64,000 nucleotides of DNA from Eledone cirrhosa (taxonomy: Eukaryota). Position 1 is the first letter of the stretch, and every line of letters starts with the position of its first letter. Positions 36,393 through 50,372 of the stretch are shown here, in pieces. The DNA is taken from the NCBI GenBank assembly GCA_964016885.1, contig OZ024740.1:300576001-300640000 (forward strand), read 5' to 3'. The position numbers were made by a program, and so were the translations under genes. The notes below the pieces were generated by a model, which searched no databases, was not told the origin of the DNA, and worked only from the letters and a program-made list of their open reading frames with translations.

Positions 36393-36500
36393 ATATGTAT
36401 GTGCGTGTGTGTGTATGTATATATGTATGTGTTTTGTGCGCTTATATTTCTATGTAAGTGTGTATATGAATGAACGGATAAATGCGCGCATGTGGTTTTA

Positions 36501-36594
<94 letters not shown>

Positions 36595-36855
36595 TATGCG
36601 TGTATATATATATATATATATACATATCTTTTCCATTATCAGATAGTATTTTTTCTCAGCCTCACTTTCATTTTTCATAGATATTAATTCATCTGATGCA
36701 TGAGCTGGACATTTCTGTAAAGAACGTCTAGTTCCCTGAAACATTTAGTAATGGAATAATTATATAGGGTTGTTTATTATGTAATTAAATAGCTCTTTAC
36801 TATATACTTAGAGCACTCTTCCTCCTTTTGCCCTTTCTACGGAAATACTTAACAA

Positions 36856-36961
<106 letters not shown>

Positions 36962-37039
36962 ATATATATATAAATATAAAGAAAAAAAGATGAAATCGAA
37001 AATGCAATTGGAGTCTTATTTTAAAAAATATATATATAT

Positions 37040-39889
37040 TTATTTGGTTGCTTTACCGGTTTCGCAGTTCTTCTGATTATCAAAAGTAGAGTTGAGATGG
37101 AGTGTCCGTCGTTTTTCTCACATTTGGTTGGTCTTTGAATGTTACTTGTTTTATATGGAAAAAAGTGGCTCGAAACGCCAGGTTTTTAGAGAAGTTATTT
37201 GATTGGTTGGTCAATAAGTATAATAAATTTCGCGCCAGTTCGCGTTACAAAGTTCTTCCCAAAAAGGAAGTGTGTGTGTGTGTGGGTGGGGGGCGGGTCT
37301 CAGGTTGTTTTTTCATATATGAATTTGAATTTATTTTTAACATGTCAACAAACATGTCAACAACGACACTATTATTGTGTCTTTTGATGTAGTGAATCCC
37401 TACACAACGATCACACACCAATACGGACTAGATGCAAAAGGATTCTAGCTAGAGAAATATCCCAACGAGATACCTGGCAGAGTAGAAAAAAGCATCATCA
37501 CCGAGGTATTAAAATTTATCTTCCAGAACAACTTTTTTGATTTCGATGGGAGTACTTACAAGCAAATATCGGGGACAGCGATGGGTTCAAAAGCCGCTCC
37601 AACTAATGCCAAGTTAATCATGGCTTACTTAGAAGTCCAGATATGTGAACAGTCGAAATCAAAATACGGATTGAAATTCCACAAATATTTTTCAGAGAAT
37701 TGGAAACGCTACTTGGATGATTGTCTCATTATTTGGTCCCACACTCTTGACCAACTGAATGATTTCAAAAACTTAATAAACGGCATCAATAACCACATCC
37801 AATTAACAAAGGAATACAGCCAAGACCAACTCCCATTTCTGGACATCTAAATCTTGAAAAAAGACACAAATATTGAAATTGACATACACTACAAACCAAA
37901 GTTTCCAAACAATGCCTGCTATTCCCCTCCAACCATCCAAAGCACACGAAGACGAACATTCTTTTTAATCTAGCAAGAAGAATTTGCACAATTGTCTCCA
38001 ATTATGAAACGCGAAATATTAGACTTCAAAAATTAAAGTAAATTCTACTCGAAAGACAGTACCCACCATTACTAATAAATAATGGAATAGAAAGGGCTAA
38101 AGCAATAGGCATTGATGTATTACGAACATAGAAACAAATTCAAGGTACGTCCAATATTCTATCATATATCTCAACACACAACCCAAGAAATGCGGAAGCT
38201 TACAACACTATTCACAAGAACATCCCACTACTGAAACAAGACGCCAGAATGAAAAAAGCCCTTGAAACACAAAATAATCAAGAGCAAAAGACAACCGAAA
38301 TCACTGAAAACATTACTCACCAATGCCAAATTACCTACCACAAACCCACAACCAACTGTCAAAAAATGTGGTCGCACTAATTGTGGAACCTGCACTCACC
38401 TCATTGAAGGCAACACGTATACATTTACATCAGCACAAAATGTTGGTGTAAAAAATCACTTCACTTGCTCATCAATAATTCTACTTTATGCCAGTAAAGG
38501 ATGGAATGAAGATTATATAGGACAAACTAAACTCACACTCAGAAACAGAATGAAAGTTCCTCGCCAACAATTACGAGATCCAACCACGAGACAGATACCA
38601 CTAAGTGCACATCTAGACATATGCGCAAGTAATAAGACACCCTAATTCCAAGTCTTCCCATTTTACCTTTGCGCTGACAATACAACAGAACAAATACGAA
38701 TAAATAAGGAAAATATCTTTATTCGAAAATATAGACCAGCATTAAATATGGTTTAATATACATTATCTCAACACCATAACATGCTAACCATCCAATCAGA
38801 CACATACACACACACATAACACCTTCTACTTTAGAAAATAAAAACCCGCACTTAATAAATATTAACATACGTTTGAGCTGACAATACAACAGAACAAATA
38901 CGAATAAGTAAGGAAAATATGTTCATTCAAAAATATTCCTACTAACGGAATCATTTTCCTACACACACACACACACACACACAATATATATATTCTCTTC
39001 ATCTTAACATGCTAACCATACTCCCACACACAGAAAACACTCATACACACACATAACACGCCCCACACACAACTCCCTCACTCATTTCTACTAATAGAAT
39101 CACTTTCCTACACACATATACACACACACACAATATATATATTCTCTCCATCTTAACATACTCCCCCCCACACACACATAACACCCATACACACACACAC
39201 ACACACAACTCCCTCCCCCATTTCTACTAATAGAATCATCTTCCTAATCACACACACACAAGCACACAAATAAGCATACATATCTTTACTTTCATATTTC
39301 AATAGAAAATCTGAATTCTGACACCCCAGCGAACCAACCATATTCACTGAACCAAAACAGTTCTCCCATCCCATTTCTCTTGACCATTATCTTTTGCTTG
39401 TCATAAAATTCTCTAAAACGCTACAAAATAAATTCCTAAACACGGGCGCGATTTGTAATGAACTTGTTCACCTGACAGTCATAATTTCATTTATGACCAA
39501 TCAAATTATATTTATTTAAAAAAAGCCTTCGTGAGCCGCTTTTTTTAAAGGAAAAAGAAATTCAAACAAACTTACGCGAAAGCTGATGAACTTATTCACG
39601 TGACTACATCAACCAACCAAACTTCACTCATATATGAAAAAACAACCTGCTATATTCACTGAACCAGAACAATCATCCCATTTCTCTTGAGCATTATCTT
39701 TTGTTTGTCATAAAATTGTCTAAAAGGCTACAGGATAAATTTCCAAATACGGGCGCGATTTTTTATGAACTTGTTCACGGGACGGCCATAATTTCATTTA
39801 TAACCAATCAAATTATATTTATACTTTCACTCATGTAGGAAACCTGGGTTATTTTCATTTTGTAAAGAAAAAACAAAAAGAAACCTCAC

Positions 39890-39890
<1 letters not shown>
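37040..39890 (+). mobile_element. 5'-truncated Neptune-like PLE (coding remnant ~37345-38756) with an inverted 3'-end copy at ~37040-37340
   Basis: SFDVVNPYTTI, GTAMGSKAAP, WKRYLDD, LPFLDI, SNHP, KCGRTNCGTC, YIGQT, KYRPALN. The reverse complement of 37130-37330 matches 39495-39650 (ACCAATCAAAT, GAGCC.CTTTTTT, CATATATGAAAAAACAACCTG). Confidence 0.88.
37051..37086 (-). ncRNA. Hammerhead motif with U3-A8 core and intact GAAA
   Basis: CTT-TTGATAA-TCAGAAGAACTGC-GAAA-CCGG-TA-AAG; stem III is the palindrome ACCGGT. Confidence 0.6.
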
Positions 39891-39946
<56 letters not shown>

Positions 39947-40103
39947 AAAGAATAGAGGTGTAACACACAAGTTATTATATATTGGTAAACGGAATAGAAA
40001 ATGCTGAAAAATTGTTCACAGTTGAAAAATGGTTTAATTAGGAATAAAAGAGTATTAGTGATTGTATGGGTTAGTATTCAGTTGTGGTTTTAAGTTTTTA
40101 AGT

Positions 40104-40140
40104 TTTTACCGGTTGCGCATTTCTAAATGCTTTTCAAAAA
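40104..40140 (-). ncRNA. Variant hammerhead-like motif (U3-A8, A13C)
   Basis: TTT-TTGAAAA-GCATTTAGAAATGC-GCAA-CCGG-TA-AAA. Confidence 0.55.
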
Positions 40141-40213
40141 TAATTTTGAGATAGAGTGTCCGTGCTGTTTGCTCTGATCTGAGCAAACAGCACGGACACT
40201 CTATCTCAAATTA

Positions 40214-40250
40214 TTTTTGAAAAGCATTTAGAAATGCGCAACCGGTAAAA
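40214..40250 (+). ncRNA. Variant hammerhead-like motif (U3-A8, A13C)
   Basis: Same motif on the opposite arm. Confidence 0.55.
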
Positions 40251-40368
40251 ACTTAAAAACTTAAAACCACAACTGAATACTAACCCATACAATCACTAAT
40301 ACTCTTTTATTCCTAATTAAACCATTTTTCAACTGTGAACAATTTGTCAGCATTTTCTATTCCGTTTA

Positions 40369-40484
<116 letters not shown>

Positions 40485-40486
40485 TG

Positions 40487-40539
<53 letters not shown>

Positions 40540-40556
40540 GTGTATGTGTATATATC

Positions 40557-40588
<32 letters not shown>

Positions 40589-40590
40589 TA

Positions 40591-41817
40591 ATAGCTGACC
40601 TACCCAACTTCGACCGGGTAAACAGATGATAAGAGAAGACAGGTAAAAGAGAAAATGACTGTATTGGATGTTTGTCTGCTTACAGTATGAGGCGAGTCCG
40701 TGGTGTCTGTGTAATACGAAACACAGGAAGAAAAATCTTCCAGATATACCAGATTCTTGATTGTACCGTTTGTGCATAGTATATGAACAATTCTAGGTGC
40801 TCCCACGTAGAATAGTGACCTCTAGGGATTGGTGCATCTTCTGCCTGACTGTAAAACGTGTATCCTTGCATTGACGTGGTTGTTCCACGTTTCTCAAAAG
40901 GATGATTGAAGTTCGAATCTTTTATATTATATGTAGATATAGATATAGATAATTATAATAAAATATGTCCGTCAATGTAAAAAAGGTCCCTATTTACTTG
41001 TTTTATACAAATGCCAAATTAATATGGATATAGATAACATGCTTATCTGTACGTGGTCAACTATAATAATAAAACAACACATTATATGACACAGCCGAGG
41101 TTAACTTTGCCTTTCATCCTTACGGGGTCGATAAAATAAAGTACCAGTAATGCACTGGGTAATTGCTGGCCTTGTGCCTAATGTAGAAACAATTATATGA
41201 CACAAACATTTATTCAGTAATTTCCAGGCTCTTAGCCACTGAGTAATATACAGTCAATGTTGCCCAGAGTTTAACTCGGGGAGATGGCTGGGTTTGAACT
41301 CCATGGCGGATCCTTCTACTTCGAAAATAGAATCATTTATCAATATTACTCAAGCCCTGACCGGCCATAGGCACCAAACCTTTGCCAGACTCAACATATG
41401 ATGAGGTTTTATTACCACCCGAATCAGAAGCGACGCACGCAAACTTACACACGCATCCGTGTACTTACACACACGCTCACACTCACACATGTTGATAGTT
41501 TTTAAGTCTGTGGAACGCTGCACGCACATACGCGCACGTACATACACACGCACATATGTTAATAGTTATTGCTTTCCTTCCCCTCTTATTTCCACACACA
41601 TCACACACACACACACGTCTCTACACTGTCACATATACATAGTGTATCCAACACAGCGTTCAGTTTGCTTCTCTTTTTCTTACTCTCCCCTCTCACTACC
41701 TCATTGGCATTATGCATATTAATTTCAGTCTGGCGTCGTTGAGTGGGCGGAGTCGTTTGACACCTATGAACCAATGATAATCGAGAATTATGACACACGG
41801 AATACTGACATTGTTGA
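40591..41817 (-). mobile_element. Non-autonomous Helitron, internal-deletion derivative of the adjacent element
   Basis: 5' TCAACAATGTCAGTATTCC; 3' hairpin ACCCGG..TTGGGT then CAGCTAT. 40591-41430 matches 41830-42540, and 41430-41817 matches the 47670-48311 region. Confidence 0.88.
41094..41191 (+). mobile_element. 5'-truncated SINE with a 13-bp target-site duplication
   Basis: Flanked by ATTATATGACACA at 41081-41093 and 41192-41204; the paralogous Helitron has a single copy of the site at ~42315. Confidence 0.92.
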
Positions 41818-41829
41818 AATTAATATATA

Positions 41830-44800
41830 CTAGCTGACGTACCCAGCTTCTCCCGGGTAAACAGAAGACAGGTAAAAGAGAAAATGACTGTATTGGATGT
41901 TTGTCTGGTTACAGTATGAGGAGAGTCCGTGGTGTCTGTGTGATACCAAAAACAGTACAAAAATCTTCCAGATATACCAAATTCTTTGTTGTACGGTTTG
42001 TGCTTAGTTTATGAACAATTCTAGGTGCTACCACCTAGAATAGTGACCTCTAGGAGATAGTTCATCTTCTGCCTGACTGTAAAATGTGTATCATTGCATA
42101 GACGTGGTTGTTCCACGTTTCTCAAAAGGATGATGGAAGTTCCAATCTTTTATATTATATTTAGATATAGATATAGATAATTAATATAAAATATGTCCGT
42201 CAATGTAAAACAGGTCCCTATTTACTTGAAATGGTTTATACAAATGCCAAATTAATATGGATATGGATAACATGCTTATCTATAAGTGGTCAGCTATAAT
42301 AATAAAACAACAAATTATATGACACAAAAATGTTTTCAGTAATTTCCAGGCTCTTAGTCAATATTGCCCAGAGTTCAACTCGGAGAAGTGGCCTGGTTTG
42401 AACTCCAAATGGCGGACACTTCTACTTCGGAAATAGAATCATTTTTCAATATTACTCTAGCCCTGGCCGGCCATAGGCACCAAACCTTTGCCAGACTCAA
42501 CATATGATGAGGTTTTATTACCACCGCTATCAGAAACGATAAATTTGAAGGCAATTTCTAACAATACTTGTAGGTTTTTATAGCTCATTATCCACAATAA
42601 TTGACATTGAACAGAAATGATAACTCTGTCAAAGCTCACAATACTGATCAATGGACACCAATGTCAGAATCATTTACGTCGAATATTCATAGCAGTGAAG
42701 GCAATTTCTACCAATACTTGTTGGTATTTATTGCGCAACATAGCAGTGAAAGCAATTTTTACCAATATTTGTTTGTTTTTATTGCTCATAACGACATTAA
42801 ATGACATTGAACATAAATGATAACTCTCTCAAAGCTCACAATACTAATCAAAGGACACCAATGTCCGAATCATTTACGTCGCTTATTGATAGCATTAAAG
42901 ATATGCATACATCAGCTGAAAGCTTCATTATAGACAATATTCAGGGTTGTTCCTCTGTTAGTGGTATCAATTGCAAATTTTACACCATCAGGATCTCACA
43001 GTCGAGATGCAGCCCATGGCTGAATGCTGGATCATTCAAGTAGACACGACTCGCATGAAAGTCTATCCCTGTGCCTTGTTGACAGTCATGGAGTAGGCGA
43101 AATTGACGGGAAACTGTCTCATTTGCCAAATGAATGGCAGCAGATCTTCACTTGGTCTCAGCATGATCCTAGGAATGAGAACCGATTTCTCTCTGCCTGG
43201 GAGTTTAGCTTCTAAAACTCTTCCGTTAATCAATATCTCAACAATCAATCTAGTACCATTGAAAAGACCCATTTTATGATTGATATTTCTAAGCAATATA
43301 ATCGGCATACCCTTTTCAACCTCAAAATATGTGGGGGAGAATCCGGGTATTTGAAGTGAATTCAGATACTCAGTCGGAACATCCATATTGTTCTGCTGAT
43401 TAGGCTCCATTGCATCCGCACTGACGGTCAACCATTCCTCTTCAGGAACCATTCCGGCTACTTGTGAATTTATTTCATCGACCGTTGCATTCGTATGAGT
43501 TAGAATAACGCGTTCCGATACCCAGGAGATATTCTGCCAAAAAGCATTCAAATTAGGGAACACCAAGTCAATCAATGCTTGGCGGTCTAGTGGCATGACC
43601 AAATGGTCTGGGATTTTTACAGTCTGATTATCACCAACGTGTGGCAATTCATCGTTTCCCAACTGCATCAACCATCGTCCGTATGTCTCAGCCTCTTCGT
43701 TTTGCCCGAACATACGAAGTCGCATATTATCGTGTAATCGCAGAACTCTGAAATGGCTCCATAACGGGGACTTTTTCAGACATGCATCGACAATTTGCGC
43801 TCTTTGAGCATTCCTAACAATTGGTAGCACCTCTCAGAAATCGCCACCAAGAACGATAGTCTTACCACCGAATGACAGGTCACTACCGCAGATATCTCTG
43901 AAAGTTCTGTCGAATGCCTTCAGCAAATATCTGTGTGCCATTGGAGGCTCATTCCAAATGATCAGAGACATATTGCGTATAAGGCCCGAGTATAAGGTTC
44001 ACTTTGTCCTGTAATGTTACAGACACGCAACTCATCCGGAGCCAATGGAGCCTTGAAGCATGAGTGGAAGTTCCTTCCACCACTCAGAAAAGTGGCAGCG
44101 ATCCCACTGGTGGCCACAGGGAGAGCAATCTTCCTCTGAGCTCTGACTGCCGATAACATAGTGTTGGAACAGAATATCTTTCCGATGCCTCCTAGAGCAT
44201 CTATGAAAGTACAAAGTTGATCATTAGTGGAAACCGAGTGGCGAACGCCATCGACCAATTCTCTCTGAGATTGGGTCAACATTGGCATACGTTCATCCAC
44301 AATACGTTGCTGCTCCAGTGGATCAAACTAGAATATTTCCCTCCGATCGAGTGGCAACCGTCTAAGCTGCAATCTCATGTCCAATGCTAAGACACGTTGC
44401 CGCATTTCTTTATCAGGAATTGGCAAATTGAAATCTGTTAAACATTTGAAATGAACTTCAAGCAGTTGCTCAATATTGAGCAAAACATAAGCTTTAATCA
44501 AATGTTCATCATCGACCTGAAGATGATGCCTAAAATCATCAGCCATAATTCCCCAATGGCGTTCAACTAACTCTCTTGGATCGATAGGATTGTAGAATCC
44601 TAGAATCGTGACAAACGACTACCTTATTTGAGCTGGCATCTGTGTTGTTCTTGCAGCTTCCATGGCGTTATTCCATTCAGCTTCATGCTGAAGGAGTCCC
44701 AGATGCTGACATACAGCCTGGTTTGTTTCAAATTCCACGCCATTGATTGTTTTCAAATCAGCGAGGCTCTGTTTACCTCTCGAAAAATCATTATGCAACA

Positions 44801-47800
44801 GAATTCGGAGCTAAAACACATCATCAGATGCTGGATGGATATTACAAACCGGTCCAATAGTCATGAATCTCTTTTGTTTTCTATCATTCCATTTCTTTCC
44901 CTTCTTATCCCACGTATAGTACGAAGGGAAATCATAGTATAGTTGCCTTTGATCCGGGTTCAAAGCATGTTCCCTATTATGCTTCAATCACTCAGTCAAT
45001 TCCGTCTTAAGAGGTGGTGCGTTAGCAATTATTTCGACACCTCTTCTAGTGTCCTGAACACAGAGCATTTACCTATTCTGTAAGTGAACCGTCAGTTTCT
45101 GAACGCTGGGTTTACGTTCATTGAGATCAAAATCGAACAATCTCCAGCAAGCTTCGCTAGATCCAATCGAGCGAACATCCTGCAACCTGCCAACTTCATC
45201 TCCTTCGTTCGCTTCCCCATTCCTGACATTGATCATTGCCCGATCATGACCTTTGTAAACATATTTGAATAGATATTTGCAAGCTTTCACTGAGCTACAA
45301 ATTTCCACATTAATGTGACAACGATATTTTATAATCAAATATGAATTGTATGGCACAACCCATTGATTTGTAACCTGTCGACCGTTTACATTTTCGACCT
45401 AACCGCCATCTGCAGGCGACCGTCTTCTGTATGAGGGATGAGCATCCCCATCGTTCCAGGAAGTGTTCGTGACAACATATTTCGCATTGGCCATTTTTCA
45501 TGCAAGGCGCTTTCCGATTTGCCACTCCGCATTGGTTGTGCACTATTGACTTTGCCACCCAGTTGCGTAGTGCCTCATTCTCCGGCAGTTCAGCACACAC
45601 AATGCTATCGACATCCTCAGCACATCTCAATTTGCAATCTCTATGTAAAATGATCAGCAAATGTGCATGTGGCAATCTTCTTTTTTGGAATTCAATTACG
45701 TATGCAGAAGCAACTATACCTCCAAATATCCCTCTTTTTCCACATCATCCATTATCTTTTTCAGATATCCTTTGAATACTCTTGCCACAATATCAGGATG
45801 GTCCTTTGGCTGTTGTCCAGGCAAAAGTGCATCCTTAATATCAGTCCATTCAGGATTTCATGCAACCGTTATAAACAAGTCTGGCTTTCAAAACTTTCTG
45901 ACAATAGCCATTGCATCCTGATAGCGAATGTTCATATATCTCGGACCGCCGATGAACGACGATGGCAAAATGATGCGTCGACCAATTTGCTTGTAATTGG
46001 CATCATAGGCATCCTTTATATTATTATACAATTATATCATCGCATCCTTTATATTATTATACAATTCAGCTCTGCTATGTTGCTGATGTGTAGCTATATA
46101 ATTTACCCTTTGATTTTCGATGTTTGCGAATTACATACAACAGTATTCCTGGAACAATCTGCTGGCTTGAAATAGCGCATTTCTCTATTGATTCCTCTCG
46201 TTCAAATGGAACGCGTAAAAGTCGCGAATCGGATTATTGTGTCTATTGCAACTTCTCTGTTGATGCTGATTCTCATAATCATCTAAATGAACAGACATGT
46301 TCCATCCATTTTCACCTTTTGGGAATAAAAGAACATAATGCAATGGATCGTATGCCCTATTTGACTCATTGATTGTCTTGAGACCACCATCTCTGCGATT
46401 GAGGACGATATCTCTCGATCCAGGCTTATCGCCAATCAACACAGCAACTTCACCAAATCCTTCAGAAGCATTATACCGCCATTCGTGTTGATTCCTTGGC
46501 ACTGAGTCAGCCTTAATCACCAATATTTGCTGCTGAACATTTTGCAGTTCAGCCACCAATATGAAATCCATAACATAAGGATTACACTGTCTAAGCCATG
46601 ATTGCAAATCACAGATCAAATCACTTAACCTTTGCCGTTCAAGTTCAGTTATATTTCTAGGCAACTTCATCCAATCGATCCTGATATCCTCCTCCGATTC
46701 ACTATAATCGTTAACGTAAATTTGAGCGAATCCATGGCTCTCTCCTGGGGTAACTTCTAAATTACCGATACAATGATACAAAGGGCCTTGAATGACTACA
46801 TTCGGTTGCCATGCTCCACTCTCAAACATCTCACTAACTCTCTGCGATGCTAAAGCTAATGAATTGTTAATTTTCCGCGAATATTTGCGCAGTAATCTAC
46901 CTCGGTCTCCTTGATCACCCCACATACTTAGTATTTTAAACTCCGGTGACTCCTCATCATCCGGTATTCGCAAGGGTTCTAGTTGAACTGCTCCTTTATG
47001 ACAGCACATTGTGGTCCACGTCTTTTCGTGCCTCTAAAGCAATGTTCCACAGTGTGGACTCTGCTCGTCCACCAATCTGAAAATGACACGGTTGCCATGA
47101 TCCATTTTTAATATCATTCGTTCGCCTTCTGACCTCTTTACTGGAATGAGGAGCACTTTGATGACACATTCTCTGAACTTCTGTATTGCGCTGGCGCTAT
47201 TCAGTCAGCTCCTCTTCATCCATCGCAGCACACCATTGCTGCTGAATTCTGGCCATCTGCTGATGATGCTCAGCCAGTTCGTCTTCAACAATCGCAGCAC
47301 GCCATCGCTGCTTGGCTCCAGTGTTTCGTTGGCGTTGCTCAGCCAGCTCCTCTTCATTCATGGCGGCACGTCTTCGCCTCTGAAGTTCGGCGTTCCGGTA
47401 GCACTGGTCGGCCCGATTTTCTTCATAGCTGGCTGCAGTTCACTGCTTGATAAAGTAGAATTGCTTTTATTATCAGTATTCTTTTCGAGTAATTGTCAAA
47501 AAATGACACAATAATAAATATAAAAGATGTCCGGCAATGTAAAAAAAGGTCCCTATTTACTTCCTTCACAACTCTGTGTATGTTAGACTGACAGACAGGC
47601 ACACAGACAGATAAACTGCGTGGCGATTGTGGAACGTCACACATATACACGCATGGAAACGCGCACACGCACGCAAACTTACACACGCACAGACTCGCAC
47701 ATGTTGATAGTTTTTACTTTCTGTGGAACGCTGCACGCACGCATGCACCCATAAATATACGCGCACGTACATACACACGCACACATGTTAATAGTTATTG

Positions 47801-48311
47801 CTTTCCTTCCCCTCTTATTTCCACACACATCACACACACACATGTCTCTACACTGACACATATACATAGTGTATAAAAAATGACACAATAATAAGTATAA
47901 AAGATGTCCGTCAATTTAAAGAAAGGTCCCTATTTACGCCCTTCACAACACTGTGTTTGTTAGACTGACAGAAAGACACACAGACAGATAAACTGCGTGG
48001 CGATTGTGGAACGCCACACACATACACGCATGGAAAAGCGCACACGCACGTAAACATACTCACGCACAGACTCACACATGTTGATAGTTTTTACTTTCTG
48101 TGGAACGCTGCACGCACACATAAACATACGTGCAAGTACATACACACGCACACATGTTAATAGTTATTGAACACAGCGTTCACACTCGCACTCCCTCATT
48201 GGCATTATGCATATTAATTTCAGTTTGGCGTCGTTGAGGTGGGCGGAATTGTTTGAAACCTATGAACCAATGATAATCGAGGATTATGACACGGAATACT
48301 GACGTTCTTGA
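41830..48311 (-). mobile_element. Decayed autonomous Helitron (~6.5 kb)
   Basis: 5' TC (TCAAGAACGTCAG), 3' hairpin ACCCGG-GAGAAG-CTGGGT followed by CAG-CTAG, and internal RepHel remnants. Confidence 0.93.
42900..47426 (-). pseudogene. Helitron RepHel (HUH Rep + Pif1-type SF1 helicase), disrupted
   Basis: 23-aa E/R-rich N-terminal repeats, CCHKG, YDPLHYVLLFP.GE.GW, PHAHLL (HUH), CHINVE..KYLFKYVYKG (Y2), FIDALGGIGK, VATSGIAA, LGGDF, LLRNIN..GLFNGTRL, RQFPV..SMTVNKAQG. Confidence 0.92.
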
Positions 48312-49142
48312 AAAAAAAAAAATATATATATATATATATATGCATATATGCGCCTGTGTGTGTGTTTGTGTATCCATCTATGTGTATGTGTAACATTTCA
48401 AACTAAAAACACCAAAGGATACTAGATTGTGATTTAAGGTTTTTCACACTGGCATACCATAAAATATAAATTATGCTGTGTTACTAACAGTTGAATTTTT
48501 ACATTGTCTTTGTTTCTGTTTTCATCATTACTCTTTAGCTTTCCTTTGTCTCTTACTCTTCATCTATCTTTTAATTTCCATTTTTCTCCTTCTCTCTTTC
48601 TGTTCTTGTAATATGGCATTGATGTGTTATTCCTTATATTAATAACACTTAGTAGTCATAAATAAAGATAGGATGTTATGACCCGAATAAGAGGGCATAT
48701 ACTCCACATTGCTTTGCAGGAAATTAGCGTATTCGATGCTTTTAAGCAGTAGTCTCCTTGTCATCGCTCTTTTGCTTCTTCGAATACGCTCTATTTCTTT
48801 TCGTAACCTGCTTCCCTCATGGGAGTAAATACATGTTTAACTTTGTCTTTCCTCATAAACTCATATATTTTATAGTTCACTCTTCAGGTGGTTAGTACAG
48901 CTGCAAATTCAGTCTTATATATTACGTTGTAATTCTGACGGAAGTGGCTTTCACCGTTTACACTGCAAGGGCATCTGGTATCCTCTTTCGCTATTTTCAT
49001 TGCAGCTATTTTCAATATCATGGAAAGGACGCTGAACTTAGTGATCTTAACGAATAACATATTGAACAGTTTGCTATATTTCTGCTGAGGTGGGAAATAT
49101 TAAAGCATGAAACCAATGAACTTCTATTTACATAAGTATTTA

Positions 49143-49318
49143 AATAATTGTTTCCACTTCTGGCACAGGGCCAGCAATTACTCCAATGCATTACTGGTGC
49201 TTTATTTTATCGGCCCCGTAAGGATGAGAGCCAAAGTTAACCTCGGCTGGATTTGAACATAGAGGGCCAAAACTCTATGCTGCAAATAGGCTCTACCGAT
49301 ACTGTCCATCCACCGCCC
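49143..49318 (-). mobile_element. tRNA-derived SINE, diverged
   Basis: Reverse complement of the SINE core, head and tail. Confidence 0.85.
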
Positions 49319-49748
49319 TTAAATAATAAGGTTTTTTAATAATGTTTCTAGCAGTGTACTTAGATCTGTTTTCGAGGATGTATTGGTGGAAGTAAGTATA
49401 GCTACAGAGATAAATAAAGATAACAAACAACTCAAATGTCTGGGAAATATATTATTACAAAATTTGGGGAATATCTACTATATCGCTATCACTATGGCGT
49501 ACGTTATTTGGATTTCCTCTTAGATAAACGCGGTTAAATATAACAAATATATTAAGCACATTAAAATCAGTCAAATTGAAATAGATTGCGAAAGACATAA
49601 TGCATCAGTGGTGTTTTACAAGTAGAATTCCAGGAAAATGCTAATGCACATTTCATACACTCGCCGAGTTTCGCATTTTCGCGTACACACGCGTGCGGAC
49701 TCGCATATCCACAAAATGACACGTGTGCAGACAGAGACAGAAACTATT

Positions 49749-49888
<140 letters not shown>

Positions 49889-49921
49889 CCTGTTCACCAC
49901 TTTAATCTCAACTAAATATAT

Positions 49922-50372
49922 ACTTGAACTGAAAAATGCGCAAGCTCAAAAGAGCCACAGAATGTTATAATAAACCTTCAACATGTGAGACTAGAGTTGT
50001 TGCTAAAAAATAGTGTAATCATTATCTATCGTACACTCTGTGGCATCCTTTTATAAAAATGAGACTCATAACGAACTCAAGACGACACGATAATTATTTA
50101 AGCTAATGTTCAATATCTCATATTAGATGTTAGTAATGATTAATTCGAAATGCACGTAAACCGAATTCTATATTATAAATTCACTTAACTAATTATAGTG
50201 TCGTCTTGAGTTCGTTATGAGTCTCTTTTTTTAAAAAAAAAGGATGCCAGAGAGTGTACGATAGGTAATGATTACAATATTTTTTAGAAACAACTCTAGT
50301 CCCACACTTTTGAAGGTTTATTATAACATTCTGTAGCTCTTTTGAGCTTGAGAATTTTTCAGGTCTAGTTTA
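49922..50372. mobile_element. Foldback/MITE-like element with ~180-bp imperfect inverted arms
   Basis: Examples: CAAGCTCAAAAGAGC vs GCTCTTTTGAGCTTG, and GAGACTCATAACGAACTCAAGACGACAC vs GTGTCGTCTTGAGTTCGTTATGAGTCTC. The superfamily cannot be assigned. Confidence 0.7.

Noticed and set aside
42560-42885. Short direct repeats that might suggest a CRISPR-like array
   Set aside because: These are two ~80-bp and a few ~35-bp irregular duplications inside a Helitron, with no regular spacers and no cas genes, in a eukaryotic context.
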